From: Catajapyx aquilonaris
Taxonomy: Eukaryota
Direction: 5' to 3'
NCBI GenBank assembly: GCA_000934665.2
Contig: KZ538288.1
Span: 1 to 64,000, forward strand
DNA length: 64,000 nt
Shown: positions 1 through 12,134 of the stretch, one piece after another
Position numbering within the stretch: position 1 is the first letter of the stretch
How the letters are laid out: each line of letters starts with the position of its first letter
Program-made: the position numbers and the translations under genes
The notes under the pieces: model-generated
Databases searched by the model: none
What the model saw: only the letters and a program-made list of their open reading frames with translations
Told to the model about the DNA's origin: nothing

Positions 1-126
1 GACTCTGTACGCTCGTATACGTTCGCTAATATTTTTTTGATGAACGACCAAAAAATTTTAGAGTATAAATTGCAGGGGTCGAATCTTACATTTTTTTTGT
101 TCAGGTGCAACGTTTGCAAATTATTA

Positions 127-152
127 CAGCTGAATCCGGCTATAACAGCCTC
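127..152. mobile_element. Terminal fragment of the same MITE family
   Basis: TA|cagctgaatccggctataacagcctcg matches the family TIR. Confidence 0.55.
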
Positions 153-2632
153 GAAGGCTAGTCTACTCCCATGTATTTTTACTCCTGATGTAAGAGGCTC
201 ACTTTCTGCTTAATTTTTAATTACTGCGTTTAGCCAACTGGAGTGGAAACTTAGAACTCAAATGATCAGTTTGGAGTGAAAATTGTACCTTTGCATCCAA
301 ATATTTCGACCCCTAAAATTGCAGCTTAGCCGTTTTTTTTTAAATATAATTGTTCCAATCGATGCATATTACATTCAGTGTGATTAGTGGTTCTCGTCTT
401 ACTCCCAAAATTGTGGGTTTCCGGTCCCACAGGTTACCATCCGGATGTGGCACGAATAAATTCCGTTAATGAGAGCGCAACACACAAATTAATTGACAAT
501 GTGATTGCGGGGCACATACAATTCGATCGATCCGGTTGAAATTGAGTTATTAACAGTACAATCTTTGGGCCTGGTTCTGGTTCTGCCATCATGTTTTTTT
601 TTTTTGCCCGTATATCGTCAGAATCCGGGCTCGTCCCAGTAGCGATTACAGTTTTTTTCACGGTCGAGCGAGACGGTTCCCTTTGAACACGCCCAAAGCG
701 GGATGCACTTTGACCCAACGGGGGTTCACCTGGACTCAAAAACGTAGCACGTCCGAGTAATTTTTAGTGAAAATGTATATAAAAAAGTTGAGGTGAACTA
801 GACCGCGAATTAATTTTCGTACTTTACACACACACACACAAAAATATCCAACCGGATTTTAAGCGTCAAAACTAGTGCAAACAAATTTTCCGCTCAATTC
901 GAACCCGTTCATAATTCGCACCCGACACAAAATGTCCATTGGAGCCATTTGGGAGTTGACATTGTACTGCGACAAAACAAGTCCATGTTTCGCGATGAAA
1001 AGAGACGGACACACATCATAGACCGAAACATACAAAAAAAAATTTGAGGGGTCGTAGGAAAATGGCCTATTTTACATGAGTGGAAAACTTTTCCTCTTTA
1101 TACCTCCAAGGCGGTTTTAAAAACCCTGAGATAATCCGGAGCTGCACTAACTAATTAACTTTGTACGCGCACTTGAGGCACTTTTTATACCTAGTTCCAC
1201 CTTACATGGCGACGTGGAAAAAAGAAGAAGAAAAACGAGAAAAAATCCTCTTCTCCGAGAGGACCCCCCAACCCCAAATGGGTTTAGTTGACAGACGAAA
1301 AGCCCACTACAGCAATACGTTCCTTTAACAAATGTTCCCATTACCGAGCATAAATTCTGAGCAAAGGAANCCCCCCCCCCCCCAAAAAAAAAAAAGCAAG
1401 ATCGACCATGAGATGGGGAAAAAATTTCAAAGTCGAGGTGGTATAATAGGATGTTTTCCAGATTGAAGCTGTAGCCTGTGAGTGCTTTGTGCTGAATGAT
1501 TGGTATACAAGTTTAGACGTACTTCTTTTTAAAGAGGGCAACACTACAGAGCAGCAGTGTTTTAATATTTAAACACCTGTATACAGTGTTGTCACTCAGC
1601 ATTTCGTGTGTGAAAATACTCACAATTGATGAAAATAAATACCAACAAAAATAGTACACGAAGCAAGTTTAGCATATTTTATAAATATCTGCTCTATTTC
1701 CAGCCTCACTTCCTCATATCATGTTTAATATTTCTTCATGTAAAAATGCAGCTTCGTTGCTGAAGGTCTGTCACACATAAATGCAGACAAGACGAGTTTT
1801 TACGAGTAAGCAGGCTTTATGCAACTTTATACAACCCCATAAAAGACATACTTGACTGCTTATGTTGTTCGGCACCTAACGTTGACGGCTAATCAAAACA
1901 TCAAAAAAATTACAATTCCCTGAGAAAGTTTGAAGCATTCCACGTTTGTGAACATGCGTAATGCACACGTTTTGTTCTTTGATTATACGAACCGGGATTC
2001 AAATAATAAATACGCGTGAGTTCATCCGAACAAGGATCAATACGAGTCTGGCCAATTCTCTCATTGGACTCATGCCGACAAATCATTCCCCCCAATAGCC
2101 TCCCAGTAATTTTCCAAGCTGCAAACGATTTTGTTCCCGGGGCCTCGNCCTTTATATGTACTACCTAACCATTCCTATAGCCAATGGCCTCTTTGGATTG
2201 TAGCACCAAACCGCACTTGTCTGAGTCCAAGAGCCTCAGGAGTACATCAAAGAGAGAATTGCATATCTTGGCCAATTAATTCATAGTGCGGGAGGAAAAC
2301 CCTTGACGGGAGACGCTGATAGGATAATCACGTAGGCGTCTAGATTACTGGTTATGAGTGCGACTGCGAAATTAGCCCAGCCAGAGTCATCTTATACCCG
2401 GAACCCCGGATTGGGTGAGACTTAATTCAAGAGTCGCAAAGCACTGCGGATGTAACGCTGTAAACTTTGAATTTTAATATGTGCTTTGGTCACACTTTAT
2501 TTCCAACCTGTCCAATAAAACCCCACAGAGTTTCAATTGGTTTCATCAAACCAAAAAAGCTTGGAAACAGTGCAGAAAATTTAGAAATAGTGCACAATTA
2601 GGCCGAATTAGTAATCTGAAATTTGAACTTAC

Positions 2633-2674
2633 GTGTATTGTGGCATGTCGTTTCCTTTGTCTTGCAGCAATCTT
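2633..2674 (-). CDS. CTNND2: 42-nt phase-2/phase-2 coding exon, RLLQDKGNDMPQY(T), of the delta-catenin-like gene
   Basis: Acceptor tttgatttcgccttcttctcttccag| and donor CAC|gtaagt. It is in frame with both upstream exons and completes the LVDSCxRxLQxxG motif. It has an internal in-frame ATG at 2644-2646. Confidence 0.75.
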
Positions 2675-4010
2675 CTGGAAGAGAAGAAGGCGAAATCAAA
2701 CTCGTCACTCGCACTCTCCATGATGCAATTTTTTTCCCCAGCAAAAACCTGCTGGCTGTCACTTATCACACATTCAATGAGTCAACTGGCGTCACTGCCC
2801 AACAACCCACAACTTTTGCTCCTAAATCTACTCAAGGATATGACGCCACGTAAAGTACTGTACTGCACATTGTTTGAACAAAAATATTATTTCCCCTCAC
2901 ACGCCCTTGAGGTGTTACCAAGCTTCACACGGTGCTATCAGCCAGATAAAACCGCCACCTATCAAAGCTCAAAGTCCATTCTCGTATTAAGAACCCTGGA
3001 TAAATATGCAGATGACACACGTCGCATTCCACAGGGGGGGAACCGGACACGGTCCATTTGACCCTACTTGATGACACTATTGGATAGAATCACCCGTGCG
3101 AATTCGACCTGCAAGTACGTGCCCCGCAATTTATTGCCATTCCGTGTAATTGACAGTGGTTTAGGATCTGGCAACGATGGAGAAACTTGGGCCCCTCCAA
3201 AAAATTTCGGCTCCAGGAAACGCTGTCTGGAGGTTCAACCACCGCTAACTTGGTTTAAGGTCCCGGGTTTTTTTTTCTCCAGCTCTTCCTCCAGTTTCGT
3301 ATATATGAAAAAAAGTATAGCCTGTAGCCCTCAGAGTAGACAGACGCAGCTGCGACACTCAACTAAGCCCCATTTACCACTTGCAAACCGCCGAGCTCCC
3401 TCTGCTAACGACTGCAGATTACTGCTTGCCTCTTCCGATAAGGCCCTTATCAAACTGGCCCCAAATAGAATTAACATTACTCTGCACCGGGCTCCGCTGG
3501 GAGGATGTGTGCGTCACGTGTTTGTCACGTAAAACCAGGCCTCGGAGTTATAATCGAGTTGGGTTCGCCAGAGGGGGGCGAATGTGCAGCGCCGGGGGTG
3601 ACAGCTGGCAACGGTGATTCCAAGATGGCCACGCCGAGTTCAAGGCAGATTGGTCCCCAATGGAACCCAAACCCACCAGTCGAATTCTGATTTTCGGATA
3701 ATGAGGCTATACCCTCGTGGTGCAAGCGAGAGTCCAAAGTGGTCGAATCACACAGAAAATTTTGGGCCCCACACTGTCCACGTAGTACCATATCCCTCAC
3801 GTAGATGGCGCACTATTGCCACTCGCGGGGTCGTGCAGCGAGTGATACTACATGCACGTTTAGATAGAAATTTTTCATGCGCCCAACCCACACTCGCACA
3901 GCTCCATCGTTCTGACAACGTTGCCAGAGTAGCCTGTGACGTTAGTTCGGACCATTGGCAACGTAGCAAACGTCGGCCATTTTGTCCCCCGCAGTATAGC
4001 GTTGGAAATA

Positions 4011-4715
4011 CAAGTGAATCCGTATATAACATACTTCAAAAGATCGCGGAAAAAAGTATATTATAGACGAGGTTTGTTATAGCCAAATCATCACTTTCGC
4101 AACGAATATGTAGAAGTTTTCTGATTTCCATAAGCATTTTTAATGCCCTCTACTACATACTGATTAATGAAATACATCAAAAATGCAATATTACTGTGGC
4201 TCACACGAAAATTATGCAGGATCAAAATATTAATAAAATCCGAAATTTTCTTTTGGCTTTTCTTCTATTCGCAAATTTTATACTAGAAACCAGAGAATCC
4301 ATATTTTCCTTTCATGTGGCCAAAGAAAATGGTCTGTTATACCCGAGGTGAGTTGAAAATACGTGTTATATGGACTGTGTCATGCAATAATTTGTCAACC
4401 CACAAAAAAGTCAAAATTATTGAGCTAAGCCCAGGAACATATAATTACCTACAGGATCTTTATTCAGTTAAAATCACGCTGATGAAATCTGCATACTTCT
4501 GCCATAAATGACCGAAAAGAACACTGAATTAATTTCACAGTATGACCTTCAAAGCCCTTTTTCTCAAAACTGTTCTCATGTGGGTTGACTCATTATTGCA
4601 TAACACCGTCCATATCATGAGTAAAAATACACAGGCCTTATGGAAGTATGGCCTTTCGAGTCCATTATAACCGACAGTCTGTTACATCCGAGGCTGTTAT
4701 ATCCGGATTCAACTG
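4011..4715. mobile_element. Tc1/mariner (pogo/Tigger-like) MITE carrying a nested Sola-type MITE
   Basis: TIR consensus CAGTTGAATCCGGATATAAC (left caagtgaatccgtatataac, right gttatatccggattcaactg) with TA on both sides. The interior is homologous to 41151-41744. Confidence 0.8.
4372..4611. mobile_element. Sola1-like MITE (4-bp AWWT TSD)
   Basis: ~32-bp TIRs ggactgtgtcatgcaataatttgtcaacccac / gtgggttgactcattattgcataacaccgtcc, with TSD ATAT. Confidence 0.78.
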
Positions 4716-6319
4716 TACGTGAAGCGCTTATTTACCAGTACACCCACTATACAGAGATCATTGATAATGCGAACCCTACAAGCTGCACGAACTGTGGTGA
4801 GCACTTGGTTATACGCTCGTAAAAACAGATGAACAATGGCGCAGACTGTTGCACAAGTTGTTTCTCTTTAAACGGGGCTGTTGGACTAAACAATCCTAAA
4901 CTTTCTTTCCCGACTCTCCTCTTGAACTGTCCTCAATGTCCCAATCCTGACCGGGGGGGGGGGGGGGGGNNNNNNGGGGGGGGATACAAGTCGAAATAAC
5001 ACTGGGACTAACTGGACTGTTCTCCGGTTCAATTGCCTTGAGCCGGACACCTTTCATCAGAGTACTTGTCAAAAGGCAGCCGAGGTTTGTTTGGTCTACC
5101 TGTCCTCCCCAGCTGTCGATATTCAATGTCCAGAGCTTTCAAAACATGACCCGTCCCACTCTTCCGTCACATCCGCGGACATTTTTGACTGTCCCGTGTC
5201 TTATCCGACCATGTTTTCGACGCCGGGAGGTGTCACACACGCTTGTCACAACGTCCATTTTTTATCCCGAGGAGCTGCTTTGCCATCTGGCGAGGGCCAT
5301 TTCGCAAGGGGAGCCTAAAAGAGAGCGCCATGAATATTTGAGGATCCTTTCCTTGAGGCTCATCCCTCAGGAAAACGGCCATCTTGGATTCAGCCACAAC
5401 TCCTGCGGCACCTTCCAATCACCGTCTCGACAGCAGCCCTTTTCCGTCCTAAATTTATACCCGGGTCTTAGGCTCTTCCTGGTTGCAGCCTCCGTATCTA
5501 TTGGAAACAAGAGCGCTGGAAATAGCTTTTCCTAGAATCCACTTTTCCAACCCCCAGCAAGGTTTTGCAGGCTATAATTATATCAGGTTTCAAAATGGCA
5601 AATTCGAAGCGACCTATACCTTCCTCGTCACCTCGACAGGTGTGCCGGATCGATCCGAATCGACTCTTCTCCTATAGTTTCTCCCTGCACCTTTTCCTAT
5701 AGTATACAGTGTGAACAAGTGCAAAGACCTGTATACGAACTGCATCATTTGCAGCCTGGAGTTTGTATTACACTAAATCAATATAGGCAATGTAACTAGT
5801 GGCTACGTCCCCACGATTTCCTTTCCACTTCCCCTGCAATACTGTATACTAGAAATGGCCCTCCCTACATAGAACATCACTTTCATGTGACAGGCCCGAG
5901 ATGACAAATTATATTAATAAGCATGCAAGGAGTCGAGGGTGGGCGTCGCTTTAGCATGCGATCTAGTGGAGTCACACTCGGGTTAAAAAGAAGCGTTTGA
6001 AGAGGGGGGGGGGGGGGGGGTAAGTTTCATTCATGGGGACCGGTCACATCCGATCTAGGCTCGTCCTATCACGCCACCAGTCAAAAAAAGGGGGCCCAGT
6101 TCGAGACCCAGTCCATATCCGGTCCTTTCAAGCACCATCCAATAAAAACTTTTTGTCCGGTGTGGTCCTTTACTTGTATGCACGACGCTTAAGAGGCGAC
6201 TTCAGGTCCCTGTATGTTTTATTTCAATATATACATATATAAATAATAGGCAAAGCTTGTCTGTTTGTCCATTTTATACCCGCGCGAAGAACGGATTCCC
6301 TGCTATAGATGAATTGATT

Positions 6320-6560
6320 GCGCACCTGCATTCACGCAGCCTCAATGTTCTCACAACAACATTGCCATAGTTACTATAGAGGCCAAATTAACAACGCCTT
6401 GGCAACGTTGCAAACATCAGCCATTTCGTTCCCCGCCCCCAAATGTAGCGTTGGAAATAAATGCAGCCCTTATTTACCAGTGCACCCACTATATACTGAT
6501 AATGTCAACCGTGCAAGCTGCGCGAACTGTGGTGAGCACTCGGTTGCACTAGTTAAAAAC
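6320..6560. mobile_element. MITE family A copy, showing the empty site for the insertion at 4011
   Basis: ttggcaacgttgcaaacatcagccatttcg...gttggaaaTAaatgcagcccttatttaccagtgcacccactata is uninterrupted here. Confidence 0.6.
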
Positions 6561-8323
6561 TGCATCGTTACTTATTTTGTCTAGATTTATGCATCTCGTC
6601 TCTTGTAATTTTCTTTTGGTCCATGTTATACTTTCCGGTTGTTCCACGTCACATCCGGTCCGTCCCCCTCGAATACTTTGGTAGATTTTACTGTCAATGA
6701 GCTCCTCGAAATGGGTGCTATAATCGTGGCTTTTATGCTTTCCCCGTACTACATAGGGAATGGTCCTCCAGCAAAGTCGAGACGACAAAAAAGAGGCGGA
6801 AGAACTCGCATTTTCGGAACAAGTGAATCGTTAAATCAAACCGTATTTCCAACGACGGAGAACGGGGAGAGAAAAAAAAAAACTTCGCCCACAAGTTTTC
6901 CTTCCCTTTTCCTTGAAGCAGTATTTTCCAAGGACTTGCTCTCTACCAAAAATACCGGTCATCGGCCCAACATTATTTCCATAATCGATCATTCATACGG
7001 GGGCCACTTGTCCATGTCTCCAACCCCTCAAGAATTACAAAACGGCCGTCAGATGGAAGCATGTTTCTCTAAGAAGAAGAAATAGAAAAAAAATCTGAAT
7101 TTTTCAAGCTAAAACATAACAATAGGCTTTGATTAAAAAGACAAGCCACAGGTATCTGTGGAAAATCTCATCCGCGGATTCCTCCATTTAAGTGTAAATT
7201 CTAAGGGGGGTGGAAAAGCTCGCAGATCATCGATAAATCCCAATGACCCCAGACGTCGAGAGTTGGTCGACCTGGCGGAGATTTTGCGCGCCAAAAGCGA
7301 CGGAGATTGGTGCTTTTCGTGGCAGGAAAAAAAGGAGGATTACTGCTTGCTATATTTCACGGCTCGTAAATATTGTTCTTGGCTCCCTTTTAAAAAAAAC
7401 TGCCGAGTGTTTACCATCGGTTTTGCAAAATCTTAAGATTCGTACAAAACAACTGCAGAAAGTTCTCCCCCATCCATAAGTCACGCGAACTTAGTGCTAA
7501 TTATCTGATTTGCACACCCCCATCAATCTCGCAAATTCTCCATTTTTAAAAGTTTTTGGTTGTAAATATTTTTGCAAAAAAAAGTTCCTAGTGTAGGTAT
7601 GCAACACAGCATAGATCGTACATTAAAATTTGCCAAAACCTCATGCTGTTCATAACATATTGGAGCAAATCGTGCGTATACCTATTAAAATATGGCTTGT
7701 GTACTTAGTTGGTAAATAATATGGACTTCAATTAAACAGGATTCGTCCCAAATAAATTAATACCCATAATAATGCTTGTACAGGGGGATTCGGCAGTGAG
7801 CCCAAACTGAAATTATAATTAATTGTTATCAGAGGTATCATTAACATGAAGCTGTGCATGATCAATAGTAAATCCAGAACAAGTGGTTCTAGATTTACTG
7901 TCGGTCATGCAACCAGCCCTTAGAGGTCATATTTATTTATTCATTTCACATTCCTAGAGATCATACTTAATCATTATGAAAGATGCTGCATTAAACAGGT
8001 ATTGTCGCATTCTCTATATAGGTGAACGTCTTCTTACTTGTGAATGTTGTGACACAACAATGGCATCCCTGCAGGTCACATTATTCATTTGGCTTCTGCT
8101 CCTCTTGCTCATTTATATCACGTACAAGTTTCACCAGCTTGAGAGGGGGGGGGGGGGGGNTATTACGTCACCCAAACCCCACTGGTTGCCAACAAGAAAA
8201 CAACAAAAGCTACACAGAATCCAAAGCCCCCTACAGGAACATACCAGTATAGTAGAGTAGTTGAATAAAATACTGTGTGTGAGAGCCAGACAAAAAAAAA
8301 TAACCAGAGCAATGAACCAATAC

Positions 8324-8395
8324 CTCTGCAGAGTGGTGTACTCGGTGCGGGTGATGGTGTGCTCCTGGTGATGCTCCACCTTGCGGTTCACCAGC
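8324..8395 (-). CDS. 72-nt phase-2/phase-2 coding exon, LVNRKVEHHQEHTITRTEYTTLQ(R); probably an alternative exon of the same gene
   Basis: Acceptor ttttttctttcccctcgcatgcgcactgtttag| and donor CAGAG|gtattg. Nearly all codons end in G or C against an AT-rich background. The frame is open and compatible with both neighbouring exons. Confidence 0.8.
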
Positions 8396-8680
8396 CTAAA
8401 CAGTGCGCATGCGAGGGGAAAGAAAAAAGCGCCAGGAATTAGTGTTGCCAGGTGCGGGTCAATGCCAGGAGTGAGAGAAAAAGTGTGTGTGAGAGAGAGA
8501 GAGAGAGAAAAACGAGAGGGGAAAAAGAGAAAAGTAAGCACATTCAGCCGCCTTCCAAGCAAAACGGTCAAGCTGCCCAATGTCCCGTCAAAATGGAGTA
8601 GTTGAAGGCCACAATTTTCCAACATAAAAAAATATATTCTAGATATGATGCAACCGCCAGGAAACACTAGTTACTGTTTA

Positions 8681-8953
8681 CTATATGTGATTTTTTTTAC
8701 TAGCGCAACCGAGTGCGCACCACAGTTCACGCAGCGTGCACGGTTGGCATTACAGTGGGTGTACCGCGCTGCATTTATTTCCAACACTACACATTCGGGG
8801 GGGGGGGGGNGGGGGGGGGGACAAAATGGCCGACGTTTGCGACGTTGCCAAGGTTCTGGATCAAGCCTTTAAGGCTACAGAGGAGTAACGTTGTTGCCGG
8901 AATAATGAAGCTGCGCTAGTGTGGGTGCGCTCGGGAAAAAAAATCACAAATTG
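8681..8953. mobile_element. MITE family A with imperfect TIRs; other copies at ~3865-4825 (split by insertion) and ~6320-6560
   Basis: Ends ctatatgtgattttttttactagcgcaacc / gggtgcgctcgggaaaaaaaatcacaaattg, TA-flanked. The core ttggcaacg..gcaaacgtcggccattttgt...gttggaaata...gaactgtggtgagcact is shared by three copies. Confidence 0.65.
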
Positions 8954-9707
8954 TACTAGTATTTACTGTCGCATTCCCATCCGGTAAATTATTTCCTGGA
9001 TCCTGTGAAACTGAGGCTTTAATGTGCATGACGTGTGACCAGCAGGAGATCTGATCAAGCTCAGGCCTTCAACCACAACAGCTTGCTAAATGCAAGGGGC
9101 CCTCTCTTTGGCAGCCTCCTTTGATGAAACAAACACACATGCAAGTCTTGGGTCGGTGTTTCAGACAACCAACTTTCCCAGTGGTGCCTGACAGCAGGCT
9201 GTGGGTTTAATCCACGCGTCCCAAACAATTGCTCCAAAATTCAATGCTGTAAAAACCACTGTAAAGTAAGCAGGTTGCCAGAAGCAAGGAGGGCGGCTCA
9301 ACAACTAAGGGATGAGAATACAAAAAAAAACTACGTGCAATACCAGGAAAAAAGGGACAGCCAGACACCGAAATGAAGTCTACCTTGAATTTTCCATCAT
9401 CTGAATCGCAGATTTTTGGGAAGATCTTGGACCAATCCCGCACTTCATATGCTATACCCACCCATATTTATACAACGCGGTTACTCTTTTTTACCCGTGT
9501 GTAGTTTTCGGGAATCAATCCTCGATTATTAGGTTAGTCGGCACCTAACGCAATTAAATGGTGCACTGTACTACCCCCCATCCGGCCAAAGTTTCCTTGA
9601 AGCTTCATTTTTTTTTCTTTTTTCTGACCGTAGTCATTCCGGTGACTCGTCTCTGACACACATGTGTCATGCTGGAAATATTACAAGGGGGGTTTGGGTA
9701 TACTCAC

Positions 9708-9739
9708 AGGCAGGAGTCCACCAATTGGCTGCTGGCCAT
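9708..9739 (-). CDS. CTNND2: Start-codon-bearing coding part of a 138-nt exon (9708-9845) of a delta-catenin/p120-family gene; MASSQLVDSC(L)
   Basis: Acceptor tactgac...ttatttttttcttccag| at 9846 and donor CCT|gtgagt at 9707. The ATG (9737-9739) has strong context (AGTATGG) and in-frame stops upstream. Joined to exon 2633-2674 it gives LVDSCLRLLQDKG, versus human CTNND2 LVDSCIRSLQESG (recalled from memory; 9/13 identical). The symbol means 'CTNND2-like'. Confidence 0.72.
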
Positions 9740-9845
9740 ACTGTGTCCAGGACTCACAACTCCGGGAAGCTGGGCCCCCAGAACCTAGGCAGCCCAGGGG
9801 CCGTCATAGCCTCATGAGCACTGATAGGTCCGTCTTAGGCACTAC
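9740..9845 (-). other. 5' UTR part of the start exon, containing two uORFs (MRL*; MTAPGLPRFWGPSFPEL*)
   Basis: Lies between the acceptor at 9846 and the main ATG. It has three stops in the main frame, and two upstream ATGs whose ORFs close before the main ATG. Confidence 0.6.
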
Positions 9846-10278
9846 CTGGAAGAAAAAAATAACAAGAACGGTCAGTATATCATGAGAGACCCAGAATATT
9901 CAAACACGAGCGCCTGAGAGTTAGACAACCGCTCGAATGTAGCACGGGTTAGCTGACTTTCAGGATGAACAGTCTGGAAATGTGGCCGTTTTCCCCCCCG
10001 TTTAATTGTCGATGAAATTTTTTAAGTAGGGGTGATATTAGTGAAAAACAATATGCTCCAATATTTATCAGTTTAACTCATGGTGGGCCTTTTTAGCGTA
10101 AAATTCCGAAGAAATTCCTCCACATGGTGTTCCAGAAAAAATTAAAGCGAAATTAACTTTAAAATGTAATTAAATTAAAATTTTATAGTCACTATGGTTA
10201 CAAAATAATACTAAAACTCTGTACTATCAGAAATTCCAAAGAGTCCAGTCTGACAGCCCACCCTGTTCTGACGCCAAG

Positions 10279-10356
10279 GGTATGTTTAGCTCACGCTGGG
10301 AGGCGGTATGTTTAGCTCACGCTGGGAGGCGGTATGTTTAGCTCACGCTGGGAGAC
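10279..10356. repeat. Tandem repeat, 3 x 26 bp
   Basis: (ggtatgtttagctcacgctgggaggc)x3, with one mismatch in the last unit. Confidence 0.92.
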
Positions 10357-10454
10357 GGAAAAACTTCTTATCATACGCCATGGTAGTTGAGCCCCATTCC
10401 ACGAGGTGGTACCAGTTTGACCCTCAAATTGGGCCATTTCTATCGAAACTCTAG

Positions 10455-10514
10455 CGCGCCCAGTTCAAAAACCAGCAGATCGTCATATGACGATCGTAGG
10501 CTTCAAAGGGTTAA
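10455..10514. mobile_element. piggyBac-like terminus (single end)
   Basis: Palindrome gatcgtcatatgacgatc followed by ...caaaggg|TTAA; the partner end was not found. Confidence 0.4.
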
Positions 10515-11769
10515 CAGCAATCATGGCAGGTGAAGGGTATAAACAATAAATTAATAGTTTCCATCTCCTGCAGCACGACCCTGCATAAATGGATCAGTTT
10601 TCAGGCCTGGAAATATTTCCTGGAGACCCTGAAACCGGACCTTACGCGGCCCATTTGTTCCGACAATTTCGTCGCCATGCAGTTTTATTTTAGGGGGGGG
10701 GGGGGGCGAATATNATCTCTATCAATTGAGTCAGTGTTATGCAAAACCTGATGTAAAGACATGTCTCCTGATGGAAGAAAAAAAAAAATGTGCAAGGTCA
10801 AACGAACAAGGCTGTGTGTTGCACCCGGTCCTTTACCCGTCGGCCACTGACCCCGGCATCGATCCTCCAACATCCAACGCCGCCTCCGTCGATATCGTCG
10901 CTTTACTCGACGCGCACCTCTCTCTCTCTCCCTCTCTCCCCCAAAACTACGACATCCGACCTACGCAAAAGATCTCTCTCCGTATCTCCCCCCCTACTAC
11001 CCATGCCTCCAAACCAATATATTCTGGAGTTGACGGCTACTTAGAGCTCAGGCATTCCAACGGTCATTCGGCTAACCCCCAGAAGAGGCTTTCACACACT
11101 CGGGCTTTTCAGATTACAGCCCTGTTTTTGTCCTTNCCCCCCCCCCCCCTCTCTGCAATCCAGGAGACGCCTTTTTCCATCTAAGAGAGAAAAGAAGAAG
11201 CTTGGGTCTCCCCTTAGCACTCTAGCACCGACATTTTAGGCAAAGTCCTTGGAGAGATGCCTTCTTCTCTTTATCACTCGTAGGAACACCTTTACGTTGC
11301 GATAATTTTGATGGAAATGGCTTCTCGAATTATTAGAAAAATTAGGGTCGGTTGTGTTAGCTAAAATTAATAAGTAAGGGTTGAATTTTCGTCCCACTGC
11401 TAGTTACTGCTTACTTAACTTTTCCAACCTGCCAACACTGGTAAAGTTAGCAGTAACTATCAGTGAGACAAATTCTACCCCATATCTCCTCATATGTAGG
11501 TTTGTGTTGCGAATATTCATCGACGTACAAGTTCAACAAGATTGGTAAATCCAGCGAGCGTGATTCGTGTAGACTTTTTCTCATTGGGTAATGAGAAATT
11601 AGCCTGGCAACTTCGTTGAAATTGTTCAGAATTGTGACCAATACGACACGATGCGGTCCTGATGCGATTCTAATTGGACAACAATGACCTAGAATACTGT
11701 CATGCTCATTTCCCATTGACAGCAAGCAACCCACGAAAATAACTTCTAAATGGTGATGGCGGATAGAGT

Positions 11770-11951
11770 GGAGCCGGAAAACCGGAAGTGGCCGGCCACT
11801 TGAAGTTGACCATGAAACCTATTTTGGTCACGCTTAATCCGAATCCGAAAACCGTTTGTCGCTATCTCATGCGGTGTATGCCATGATCCCTGCACACAGA
11901 CAGATCGACAGAGCTGTTCTATGATACTTTTTTCCGATGAGAAAAAGTATA
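11770..11951 (+). mobile_element. Non-autonomous Helitron/Helentron (DINE-1/HINE-like) fragment
   Basis: aatccgaatccgaaaaccg core, an acag-type microsatellite remnant and a 3' stem-loop (atactttt...ccgatgagaaaaagtat). A homologous inverted copy lies at 38469-38622. Confidence 0.55.
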
Positions 11952-12134
11952 TGAAACCAGCTTCTAGCCATAGGTGTTGTCATGGCTTACTTATGATCCT
12001 GCACGTTGTACTTATACAGAAACCAAAAATCAATCCTGAAACACATCATTTTTATTTCAAAAATAGCTGGATTTTTCCGTCTTCCTTTTAAAGCCAACCC
12101 TTTTAAAGCTTCTAATAAGCCTATCTGGTATTAC

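Noticed and set aside
434..739. Minus-strand ORF containing STVKKTV as the next catenin exon
   Set aside because: The nearest acceptor is phase 1; a phase-2 join gives an immediate TGA. The ORF also runs through an A-tract.
8340..8390. Resemblance of RKVE...TRTE to the GLI3 N-terminus
   Set aside because: Short, low-information match; the flanking exons fit delta-catenin better.
9383..9461. Possible extra exon (GIAYEVRDWSKIFPK...) ending AAG|gtagac
   Set aside because: No credible polypyrimidine acceptor and no recognisable homology.
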